Assembly: GCF_000621645.1 (NCBI RefSeq)
Contig: NZ_JHXR01000018.1
Span: 60,001-92,000, forward strand
Reading direction: 5' to 3'
Length of the DNA stretch: 32,000 nucleotides
DNA from: Vibrio cholerae ATCC 14035
Lineage (GTDB): Bacteria > Pseudomonadota > Gammaproteobacteria > Enterobacterales > Vibrionaceae
Of the stretch, positions 19,432-30,974 are shown piece after piece (the first letter of the stretch is position 1; each line of letters starts with the position of its first letter). Position numbers and translations under genes: made by a program. Below the pieces are notes generated by a model, which was not told the origin of the DNA, searched no databases, and worked only from the letters and a program-made list of their open reading frames with translations.

Positions 19432-19548
19432 TCCAGCTAAAATACGAATTATTCTCAGACGCAGATATTACGCCCTTCATCCAAAAACACAAGTCAGATT
19501 GTGGTGTGCCCTCGCTTCGTGAGCAAAGCGGCTTGATTGGCCAGCGCG

Positions 19549-22700
<3,152 letters not shown>

Positions 22701-22775
22701 GGTTAAACAATCGTTTTAATGGTGGTAAAGTAAGCACACTTTAATTTCATGTCGGCATGACTGTCAGGAAAGACA

Positions 22776-23237
22776 ATGCAAACCACCACCAAACTCGATG
22801 AATTGGATCGCGCCATCCTGAAAATTCTAATGGACGATGCTCGCACGCCTTACGCAGAAATGGCCAAACAGTTTAATGTTAGTCCAGCTACGATTCACGT
22901 GCGAATAGAGAAGATGAAAGCGGCCGATATTATCCAAGGCACCGAAGTGGTCGTAAATACCAAAAAGCTCGGTTATGACGTCTGTTGTTTTATTGGGATT
23001 AATTTGAATGCCGCGCGTGATTACCATTCAGCGCTCGCCAAACTGAATGCACTGGATGAAGTGGTTGAAGCTTATTACACCACCGGAGCTTATAACATTT
23101 TCGTCAAGCTGATGTGCCGCTCGATTGAAGAACTGCAGCATGTATTGATCGACAAACTGCAAGCCATCGATGAAGTACAATCCACCGAAACGCTGATTTC
23201 CCTGCAAAACCCGATCAGCCGTAACGTTAATCCTTAA
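22776..23237 (+). CDS. asnC: Lrp/AsnC-family transcriptional regulator AsnC
   Basis: 'LDRAILKILMDDARTPYAEMAKQFNVSPATIHVRIEKMK...LGYDVCCFIGI...EAYYTTGAYNIFVKLMCRSIEELQHVLIDKLQAIDEVQSTETLISLQNP' is near-colinear with E. coli AsnC as remembered. Confidence 0.85.
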   Translation: MQTTTKLDELDRAILKILMDDARTPYAEMAKQFNVSPATIHVRIEKMKAADIIQGTEVVVNTKKLGYDVCCFIGINLNAARDYHSALAKLNALDEVVEAYYTTGAYNIFVKLMCRSIEELQHVLIDKLQAIDEVQSTETLISLQNPISRNVNP

Positions 23238-23325
23238 CGGTATAACGGATCGCTGAGTATCACTAAGCCTTGTCATTGACTTATCGTGGTACACGAACAA
23301 GGCGATATAGGGAATGAGCGTTCGA

Positions 23326-23610
23326 TTAGCGTTTTTGTAAGTAATTCAGAAGCTCTTCCGCAGAGATGCCCTGTTTAGCGAGTTCTTTAGCCATGGTTTC
23401 GACTTGCTCGCCCTTGCGTGACTCGATCACTTGCTGGAACTGGTAAACCAGATCGCGTAGCACGGTCAGTGGCACTTGCTTGGCCGCACTGCGAATACGT
23501 TCACTGCTTTGATTGCCTAATTCATTAAGCAACTTGCCATACATCACCTTTTCTGGAGATTCATCAAGTTGTTCCAGAATGCGAGCCATTTCATAGGTGG
23601 TTAGAGACAT
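23326..23610 (-). CDS. tsrA: Small H-NS-oligomerisation-domain-like protein without a DNA-binding domain; probably the Vibrio regulator TsrA
   Basis: The 94-aa protein is predicted to be all-helical. Its C-terminal half, 'PLTVLRDLVYQFQQVIESRKGEQVETMAKELAKQGISAEELLNYL', resembles the H-NS N-terminal coiled coil and 'GIDPNELL' region. The protein ends where the H-NS linker and DNA-binding domain would begin. From memory, its position between asnC and an MFS gene matches V. cholerae VC0070 (TsrA). Confidence 0.5.
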   Translation of the reverse strand: MSLTTYEMARILEQLDESPEKVMYGKLLNELGNQSSERIRSAAKQVPLTVLRDLVYQFQQVIESRKGEQVETMAKELAKQGISAEELLNYLQKR

Positions 23611-23713
23611 GGTGTTTTGGATTCCAAACGGTTAGTCAGTATCGAAGAGGCAAACAATATACACAGGATGCACGCTGAGTAAAATAGCCTCAGCGTGAAT
23701 TTATCTTGTTCTA

Positions 23714-24916
23714 TCAACACTCAGAGACACTGGCGTGCCAACGAAAACCAAGCGGTGAGAATAAAATGAGTAACGCAGGTGCCGCTAGCCACATGGTCAA
23801 ACCGATCAGTAGTTGCGGCTCAGGCATAATGCGTTGCAACGTACCGACCAATAGCCCAGAACCACTCATCTGGAATAGTCCGAGCAATGCCGCCGCCGTA
23901 CCGGCTTTATCGCCAAACGGAGCTAACGCTTTACCGGCGGCTGCGCCCAGTATCCATGCAAAACCAATCGATGATAAAAACACTGGCAACATGAACGCCA
24001 GTGCGCTTGCCTGATTACGCAGCACCAGCATTAGACTGCCAGCGATCATTAACGTAGTAATGCCAATGATCAAAGACCAACGAGTACCCAATTTATCCAT
24101 CACTTTGGGGGCCGTCATGCAGGCAATGATATTGATCACCGCATTAACGCCAAACCAGAAGGTGAATTCATTCATGCTGAGCTGTAAACGCTCCATGAGA
24201 ATCACTGGCGCGGAGGTCACGTAAGCGAGAATCACCGCCATCGCCAGCAGACACAGCGATGCGTGGAAGAGGAAGGTCGGCGCTTTTAATACGGCGGCAT
24301 AACGAGAGAGCTTAAAGACGGCAGGTCGACTGCCCATGTACGGATTACTCTCCTGCAGACGTAGAGCCATGGCTAACCCTACCAGCAGCGCAAATCCGGT
24401 CATAAAACTGAAGTTTGCTCGCCAACCGAATTGCTGAGTTAACCAACTGCCCAGAATCGGCGCGAGTGCCGGAATAAAACAGATCGCTCCATTGAGGTAA
24501 CTGATCATCTTACCGCTGCGTTGCGGCCCAAATAAATCGCGAACTGTTGCAAAAGCTGCTACGGAAGTCGCACACGCTCCTAAGCCTTGTAGCAACCGAG
24601 CCATTAACATCCATTCAATACTTTGAGCACTCCACGCCAATAAAGCGCTCAAGGCATAAATGCTAATGCCCCCTAATGCAACAGTTCGTCGACCATACTT
24701 ATCTGCTAATGGGCCAGCAAATAACTGCCCGACGCCCATCGCAAACAAAAACCAGGTAATCGTATCTTGTGCTAAAGCGTGTTCCACGTGAAACGCTTGT
24801 GATATTTGAGGCAATGCCGGTAGATAAATATCGATCGCCAATGGGCTAAATAGAACGAGTAGTGTCAGTAGCACCATTTGCTGCTTACTGACCTGAGATG
24901 GCATTGCTTGTTTCAC
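23714..24916 (-). CDS. MFS drug/H+ antiporter-type transporter (Bcr/CflA / EmrD-like, 12 TM)
   Basis: MFS motif A is 'GPLADKYGRR'. The N-terminal 'LAIDIYLPALPQISQAF' is typical of the Bcr/CflA subfamily. The protein is 400 aa. The GTG start at 24916 has GGAG 6 nt upstream. Confidence 0.8.
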   Translation of the reverse strand: MKQAMPSQVSKQQMVLLTLLVLFSPLAIDIYLPALPQISQAFHVEHALAQDTITWFLFAMGVGQLFAGPLADKYGRRTVALGGISIYALSALLAWSAQSIEWMLMARLLQGLGACATSVAAFATVRDLFGPQRSGKMISYLNGAICFIPALAPILGSWLTQQFGWRANFSFMTGFALLVGLAMALRLQESNPYMGSRPAVFKLSRYAAVLKAPTFLFHASLCLLAMAVILAYVTSAPVILMERLQLSMNEFTFWFGVNAVINIIACMTAPKVMDKLGTRWSLIIGITTLMIAGSLMLVLRNQASALAFMLPVFLSSIGFAWILGAAAGKALAPFGDKAGTAAALLGLFQMSGSGLLVGTLQRIMPEPQLLIGLTMWLAAPALLILFSPLGFRWHASVSEC

Positions 24917-25020
24917 TTCACACTCCGACTGAATTTTAAAGATCGGTGCATGATACGTGGCTCAAGATATGCTAAACAGTGGTATATCGTCATTGCTGTT
25001 ATTCTATTTTGGAAAAACTC

Positions 25021-25962
25021 ATGCAAATTGAAAAATTGGCCCGTATCGATCTCAATCTACTGGTCTGTTTAAAAGTATTGATTGAAGAGTTAAGCGTCAC
25101 GCGCGCGGCTGCACGTTTATGTCTGAGCCAATCGGCCGTGAGTAAATCCTTAGCCAAGCTACGCGAGCAGTTTGACGACCCGTTGTTTGTTCGCACGTCT
25201 TATGGACTGAATGCGACCCCGAAGGCGCTCTTCTTAAAACCCAAACTGGATGTGTTGGTGAATCAGCTTGAGCTACTAACTCAGCCCGCACATTTCTCCC
25301 CCCAATCCAGCGAATATCGCTTTCAGATCGCGGCGGTCGAAAGTGTTTATCCATTGATCATGCCCTACTTTTTACCGACGATTTTTCGCCACGGTCCTCA
25401 TCTGAGCATCAGCACCCATGCATGGACTGAACAAACCTTCCGTAAATTACAAGTTGGCGAACTGGATTTCGGTCTGACTGGTAAAGACATTGATATCAAT
25501 GATGCGAAGTTGACCTTATTGCCTCCTGCTGACATTTGTGAACAAGAGATCTACCGCGATAATCAGCGCTGTGTGGTGCGCCGCGGCCACCCGGTACTTC
25601 AGTATGATTGGAATTTATCCAGCTATCTCAACCTCCGTCATGTACAAGTGCGCTGTGATGGAAATGATCGCTGGCTGCTGGATTATCGATTAGCCGATCT
25701 CGGCTATGAGCGCGACATTGCGATTACCGTACCAGACTTCAATAGTGCAGCCAGTTTGTGCACCTATACGGACTTTATTTTTACCGCACCGAGCCACTTT
25801 ACTCACTGGGTCGCCAAGCAGATGGATCTGGTTGAATTACCATTACCGATGGAGTTTCCACCTATGGCATACACACTATTTTGGCATCGTGAACGAGAGA
25901 ATGACCCTGCGCTGCGCTGGTTACGAGAACTGATACAAACCAATACGCTTCATTTACGCTGA
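25021..25962 (+). CDS. LysR-family transcriptional regulator, divergent from the MFS transporter gene
   Basis: The N-terminal HTH is 'IDLNLLVCLKVLIEELSVTRAAARLCLSQSAVSKSLAKLREQFDDPLFVR', followed by a LysR substrate-binding-type C-terminal region. The start was trimmed from 24979 to the ATG at 25021. Confidence 0.85.
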   Translation: MQIEKLARIDLNLLVCLKVLIEELSVTRAAARLCLSQSAVSKSLAKLREQFDDPLFVRTSYGLNATPKALFLKPKLDVLVNQLELLTQPAHFSPQSSEYRFQIAAVESVYPLIMPYFLPTIFRHGPHLSISTHAWTEQTFRKLQVGELDFGLTGKDIDINDAKLTLLPPADICEQEIYRDNQRCVVRRGHPVLQYDWNLSSYLNLRHVQVRCDGNDRWLLDYRLADLGYERDIAITVPDFNSAASLCTYTDFIFTAPSHFTHWVAKQMDLVELPLPMEFPPMAYTLFWHRERENDPALRWLRELIQTNTLHLR

Positions 25963-26094
25963 GTTGATAGTCGGATATTTGCGCAGCGTACACAAAAAGA
26001 GTAGCTTATTCGCTCTCGTCCACTTGCTGTATGTGGTTCGTATAATCCATACACAAGAGATAACAAGGACTGTTTAGAAAAAGGATCACTTCAG

Positions 26095-27888
26095 ATGTCA
26101 AACCTACACTCTCAACGCCTCGCGGATTTTCGCCACTGGCTACACACCCAGCAACTTGATGCCTTCATTGTTCCTCATGAAGATGAATATCTTGGGGAAT
26201 ACGTTCCTGAGCATAATGAGCGCTTACACTGGTTAACTGGGTTTACAGGTTCCGCGGGAGCCGCCATCGTTACCCTCTCCGGCGCAGCGATTTTTGTTGA
26301 TGGCCGCTATACCGTTCAAGTCCGCAAACAAGTGTCTAGTGAGCTATTCGAATATTGCCACTTGATCGAACAACCTTATTTAAACTGGCTCGTCACTCAA
26401 CTGCCCGCAGGAGCGAAAGTGGGTTACGATCCTCGCATGCACCGTGGTAGCTGGCTAACACAGGCACAAAAACAGCTCGCAGGAAAAATTAACTTGTGTG
26501 CAGTCAGCAGTAACCCGATTGATTTACTCTGGCAGGATCGTCCAGTTCCCGCAGCCTCTGAAATGCGCTTAATACCTCTTGATCGTGTTGGACAAAGCAG
26601 CCTTGAAAAGCGTCAATCGATCGCCAGCACTCTGCGCGACAAAAACGCCGATTGCGTCGTGTTGACCGAACTAGATTCTATCGCATGGCTACTCAATATC
26701 CGCGGTTTAGATGTATCTCGCTTACCCGTGTTGCTTTCTCACGCCATTGTCCATAACGACAGCAGTGTGGATTTCTTTTTCGATCCGGCGCGCTTGGCAA
26801 CCGATTTTGATGCCCATGTAGCAGGTACGGTTCGCGTGCATCATCCGGATCAGCTTGAAGCTCAACTGCATCAACTCTCTGGTCGCCGCGTCATGCTCGA
26901 TTCTGCGACCAGCAATGCATGGTTCACACTCACCTTACAAAATGCGGGCGCTGAACTGCTCAACGAAGCGGATCCATGCCTCCTGCCGAAAGCGGCAAAA
27001 AATAACACGGAAATTGCAGGCATGCGTGCCTGTCATATTCGCGATGGTGCAGCTATGGTGCAATTTCTCGCTTGGCTGGACAATGAAGTGGCTAATGGTC
27101 GCCTGCATAATGAGGCCGAGCTGGCGGATCGACTTGAAGCCTTCCGTCGCCAAGACCCAACCTTGGTTGACTTGAGTTTTGATACGATTTCAGCAGCTGG
27201 TACAAACGCCGCTATGTGCCACTACAACCACCAAAATCAGCCTGAGCCGGGTCAGCTTTCTATGGATAGCCTGTATTTAGTCGATTCTGGTGGCCAGTAC
27301 CTTGATGGAACCACAGACATTACTCGTACGGTGGCCATTGGCCAGGTCAGCGCAGAGATGAAGCAACAATTCACCTTAGTACTCAAAGGTCACATTGCCT
27401 TGGCTCGCGCTCGCTTCCCGAAAGGCACAACAGGTTCACAACTTGATGTTTTGGCCAGACAGCACTTATGGGCACAAGGTTACGACTACGATCATGGTAC
27501 TGGCCATGGTGTCGGCCATTTCTTAAGTGTACATGAAGGGCCACAGCGTATCGCGAAGGTTCACAATAGTGTGGCTTTGCGCCCCGGAATGGTGCTTTCC
27601 AATGAGCCGGGTTATTACCGTGCCGATGCGTTCGGCATTCGAATCGAGAACTTAGAGCTGGTCACCGAGTTTGCAACTCAGGGCGATTTCTCTGTACTTG
27701 GTTTTGAATCATTGACTCGTTGCCCTATCGATAAACGTGCGATTGAGGTGAATTTGCTGACTAAGCCGGAACTCCATTGGCTCAATCAGTATCATCAAAA
27801 AGTGTGGGATGAAGTGAGTCCGCTTATCAAAGAGGCTCACGTCCGTGAGTGGTTGCAACAAGCCACCTCACCCTTGAGTCACGTATAA
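26095..27888 (+). CDS. M24B-family Xaa-Pro aminopeptidase (aminopeptidase P family, long three-domain form)
   Basis: The C-terminal pita-bread fold carries metal-ligand motifs 'YLVDSGGQYLDGTTDITRT', 'HGTGHGVGHFLSVHEGP', 'SNEPGYY' and 'RIENL'. The N-terminal region is creatinase/prolidase-like. Confidence 0.82.
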   Translation: MSNLHSQRLADFRHWLHTQQLDAFIVPHEDEYLGEYVPEHNERLHWLTGFTGSAGAAIVTLSGAAIFVDGRYTVQVRKQVSSELFEYCHLIEQPYLNWLVTQLPAGAKVGYDPRMHRGSWLTQAQKQLAGKINLCAVSSNPIDLLWQDRPVPAASEMRLIPLDRVGQSSLEKRQSIASTLRDKNADCVVLTELDSIAWLLNIRGLDVSRLPVLLSHAIVHNDSSVDFFFDPARLATDFDAHVAGTVRVHHPDQLEAQLHQLSGRRVMLDSATSNAWFTLTLQNAGAELLNEADPCLLPKAAKNNTEIAGMRACHIRDGAAMVQFLAWLDNEVANGRLHNEAELADRLEAFRRQDPTLVDLSFDTISAAGTNAAMCHYNHQNQPEPGQLSMDSLYLVDSGGQYLDGTTDITRTVAIGQVSAEMKQQFTLVLKGHIALARARFPKGTTGSQLDVLARQHLWAQGYDYDHGTGHGVGHFLSVHEGPQRIAKVHNSVALRPGMVLSNEPGYYRADAFGIRIENLELVTEFATQGDFSVLGFESLTRCPIDKRAIEVNLLTKPELHWLNQYHQKVWDEVSPLIKEAHVREWLQQATSPLSHV

Positions 27889-27918
27889 ACTGGCTGGTTA
27901 TCCGCATAGAATAGAAAA

Positions 27919-27948
27919 GAAAACCGTCGTATGGCGGTTTTCTTTTTG
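27919..27948 (+). terminator. Rho-independent terminator after the aminopeptidase gene
   Basis: The stem pairs gaaaaccg (27919-27926) with cggttttc (27935-27942) and can be extended by two inner pairs. It is followed by TTTTTG. Confidence 0.85.
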
Positions 27949-28080
27949 TTGCTGCTATTTGTTTTGTCGCTATCGTGGATGGGATTTAGCCTCGAGAAAT
28001 CGCAGTTCTACTCCAAGTTTCAACCCAGAAAAGGCTCTATCCGAATCTCAAATGCCGTTTTTGTAAAATACAAGCTTTGG

Positions 28081-28115
28081 GTTTCACGTGAAACATTAAT
28101 TTGAGTGAAACATTA
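28081..28115. repeat. 14-bp perfect palindrome GTTTCACGTGAAAC followed by a tandem 11-bp direct repeat GTGAAACATTA (x2, 17-bp period)
   Basis: Read directly from the sequence. The palindrome is at 28081-28094. The direct repeat copies are at 28088-28098 and 28105-28115, and the second copy covers the thiH stop codon. The same palindrome recurs at 31775-31788. Confidence 0.9.
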
Positions 28116-29225
28116 GCCTGAATAGGCTCGATGCCAGTCATGCCATACCACTTGTAAACCTTGCTCCATTAACGCGCTACTCACCTCTGCGGCAGAACGC
28201 TCATCACTTACCGCAAACTGCTCTAACTCAACCTTAGGGTCTGAATACCCTCCCGGCTGAGTTTTAGACGCTGCAGACATTGAGGTAATCCCGAGCTTAG
28301 CCACTTGATCACGAAACATCGGTGACTCGCGGGTAGACAAAGAAAGCTCAACCTCGCTATTGAACAGACGAAATGCACAAATCAACTGCACAAGTTGTCG
28401 ATCCGTCATCACTGATTTCGGCTGTAAAGCGCCCTCACACGGGCGTAAACGCGGAAAAGAAATTGAGTAGCGCGTCTTCCAATATTGTCGCTCAAGATAA
28501 TCCAGATGCGCCGCAACAAAAATGCTGTCAGTTCGCCAGTCCTCAAGCCCAATCAGCGCGCCAATACCAATTTTATCGATGCCCGCTCTAGCCAACCTAT
28601 CGGGTGTTTCGAGTCGATACCAAAAATCGGTTTTCTTGCCTCGCAAATGATGCTGCGCATAAGTCGAAGGATGGTACGTTTCTTGGTAAACCATCACCGC
28701 ATCCAACCCGAGCCCAATTAACTCGGCATACTCTTCTTGCTGCAACGGCTGAACTTCCATCGCAACATAATGAAAAGCTTGCTTGATGATAGGCAGTGCC
28801 CGACGGAAGTATTCGATACCCACTTTGGTTTCATGCTCTCCGGTCACCAGCAAAACGCTATCAAAACCCATTCGTTTAATCGCCGCGATCTCTCGTTCAA
28901 TCTCCACTTCATTCAGTGTTTTACGCTTGATTCGGTTATCCATTGAAAAACCGCAATAGGTACAGGAATTCGAACAGAGATTAGAGAGGTAGAGCGGAAT
29001 GTACATCGACATGGTATTGCCAAAACGTTGACGAGTGGCCTGATAAGCCATTTGCGCCATTGTTTCCAGATAAGGCTCTGCTGAAGGTGAAATCAGCGCT
29101 TTGAAATCGTCTAACGTCCGTTTAGGTGAAGATAAAGCGCGTTCAACATCCCGCGCTGTCTTACCATAAATCGATAGCCGACTGTCATCCCAGCCTAATT
29201 GTTGGAAGTGGGTAATGAAGCTCAT
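28113..29225 (-). CDS. thiH: 2-iminoacetate synthase ThiH (radical SAM tyrosine lyase)
   Basis: The radical-SAM cluster motif is '[10 protein letters not shown]'. The 370-aa product is the last gene of a thiE-F-S-G-H cluster and its start overlaps the thiG stop by 4 nt. Confidence 0.9.
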
Positions 29226-29992
29226 GATACAAAATCCAAAAATCCAGTTAATGGACTTGATGCCGTCGCCATTTTTACTCGTGATGGCAAGCCGGATTCA
29301 TAAGCCATTCGCCCAGCTTCGACCGCTAGCTTAAAGGCTTTTGCCATAGCGATGGGGTCATGCGCCGCGGCAATAGCGGTATTCACTAACACAGCGTCGG
29401 CGCCAAGCTCCATCGCTTGCGCAGCATCGGATGGCGACCCAATCCCCGCATCGACAATGACCGGCACCTTGGCTTGGTCAATGATGATTTCAAGAAAGGT
29501 TTTCGACGCCAAGCCTTGATTGCTGCCAATCGGTGAACCGAGGGGCATAACCGCAGCGCAGCCAACCTCTTCCAATCTTTTGCACAAGACAGGGTCAGCA
29601 TGACAATACGGCAACACAATAAAACCTTGCTTCACCAATTGTTCTGCCGCAAGCAGGGTTTCGATGGGATCGGGCATTAGATATTTGGGATCAGGATGAA
29701 TCTCCAACTTAAGCCAGTTCGTGGCTAAGGCTTCTCGGGCTAGCTCGGCGGCATACACCGCATCAGCAGCATTTTTGGCTCCAGATGTGTTAGGTAAGAG
29801 ATTCATCTGCATACTGAGTAGCGGCGCAAGAATGTCATCGTCGCGCTGAGCCAAATCAATCCGCTTTAACGCCATGGTCACCAACTCTGAACCTGAGGCG
29901 GCCAATGCTTCAGCCATGACATGGCGATTAGAGAATTTTCCAGTCCCAGTAAACAGTCTGGATTGAAACGTTTTATCTGCAATCTTGAGCAT
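29222..29992 (-). CDS. thiG: Thiazole synthase ThiG
   Basis: The 256-aa translation includes 'FTGTGKF', 'LPNTSGA', '[14 protein letters not shown]' and '[31 protein letters not shown]', the typical ThiG TIM-barrel sequence. Confidence 0.94.
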
Positions 29993-29997
29993 CTGAT

Positions 29998-30198
29998 TTA
30001 GCCTCCTGCTATCGCTTGGAAAAGGGAAATCTCATCCCCTGAATTAAGCTTGGTGTGTTGCCATTCACTTCTTGGGACAACCTGCCCATTGAGACTGAAG
30101 ACGCAACCTTGGTTAGGCAGGCTGAGCTGCGCATGTAAATGGAATAATGAGCTAGAAATATCAGTCTGGATAGCTTGCTGATTCAAGTAGATAGTCAT
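29998..30198 (-). CDS. thiS: Sulfur-carrier protein ThiS
   Basis: The 66-aa ubiquitin-like product ends in the diagnostic Gly-Gly ('FQAIAGG'). Its ATG at 30198-30196 overlaps the thiF TAA by one base (TAATG). The 85-aa ORF-track version extends into thiF and was trimmed. Confidence 0.85.
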
Positions 30199-30974
30199 TA
30201 GCACGGTTGCGGCTCCTTCGGTTGTGCAGGTGACGATACGCTGCAAACTGGGCAAACCTTATCTGGATGAAGCTGTAAGCTCTGCCAGTTCATAGATTTA
30301 CCGTCAAAGCGCAGTAATTGGTTAGCAGGAAAATGGGCGCTCCCCATCAGAGCATGCAGTGCGATTAAGGCTTGTCCGTTACCAATCATACCGACAACAG
30401 GGCCAATAACGCCTCGGTCACTGCAGCGTTGGCGCTCTGCCATATCCGGTACGACACACTGATAGCAAGGTGTAGATTGGCGATAGTCAAACGCCATGAG
30501 ATGCCCTTCCCACCCAATGACGGCACCGCTGATGAGTGGCCGCTGCGCTGCATAACAGGCTCGATTAATTGCGTGGCGGGTTGGAAGGTTATCACTACAA
30601 TCCAACACCAAATCCACTTGGTTGATTTCTAAGTTCAGGATCAGCTCATCTACTTCCCGAGCAATCACCCGCACTCGTACTTCTGAATTGAGTTCACGCA
30701 AGTGCCGAGCAAGAAGCTCGGCTTTATTGTGACCAATTTGTGCCTCGTGATAGCAAATCTGACGGTGTAAGTTGTGTAACTCCAGCCTATCACTATCCGC
30801 GATAATCACTTGTCCAACACCTGCACCAACCAAGTAAGGGGCCACCACATTACCAAGCCCCCCGCAGCCAACTATCAACACACGTGAATTAAGCAGTTTT
30901 TGCTGCCCTTCCTCTCCAAGCTCAGCAAGGCTGATCTGCCTTTGATAGCGAAGAAACTGTTTATCTGTGAGCAT
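30198..30974 (-). CDS. thiF: ThiS adenylyltransferase ThiF (E1-like)
   Basis: 'FLRYQRQISLAELGEEGQQKL...VLIVGCGGLG' is the E1/MoeB/ThiF nucleotide-binding fold. Two CxxC pairs ('CYQC', 'CPVC') match the ThiF/MoeB zinc site. Confidence 0.9.
   Translation of the reverse strand: MLTDKQFLRYQRQISLAELGEEGQQKLLNSRVLIVGCGGLGNVVAPYLVGAGVGQVIIADSDRLELHNLHRQICYHEAQIGHNKAELLARHLRELNSEVRVRVIAREVDELILNLEINQVDLVLDCSDNLPTRHAINRACYAAQRPLISGAVIGWEGHLMAFDYRQSTPCYQCVVPDMAERQRCSDRGVIGPVVGMIGNGQALIALHALMGSAHFPANQLLRFDGKSMNWQSLQLHPDKVCPVCSVSSPAQPKEPQPC

Noticed and set aside
24785-24797. The 13-mer CACGTGAAACGCT inside the MFS gene is identical to part of the thiE palindrome region (31780-31792).
   Set aside because: Roughly 15 chance repeats of 13 nt are expected among all position pairs on both strands of a 32-kb window (about 1e9 pairs / 4^13). 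The MFS copy is not palindromic, so I treat it as coincidence.
26018-26046. A perfect TATAAT (26041-26046) lies upstream of the aminopeptidase gene and could be a promoter.
   Set aside because: There is no acceptable -35 hexamer at 16-18 nt spacing (GTCCAC / CGTCCA) and no extended -10 TG. A lone TATAAT in AT-rich spacer is not enough to call a promoter.
30199-30255. The ORF track gives thiS a 19-codon 5' extension (85-aa version).
   Set aside because: ThiS proteins are about 66 aa. The internal ATG at 30198 forms a TAATG stop/start overlap with thiF, typical of translational coupling, and the extension lies inside thiF.
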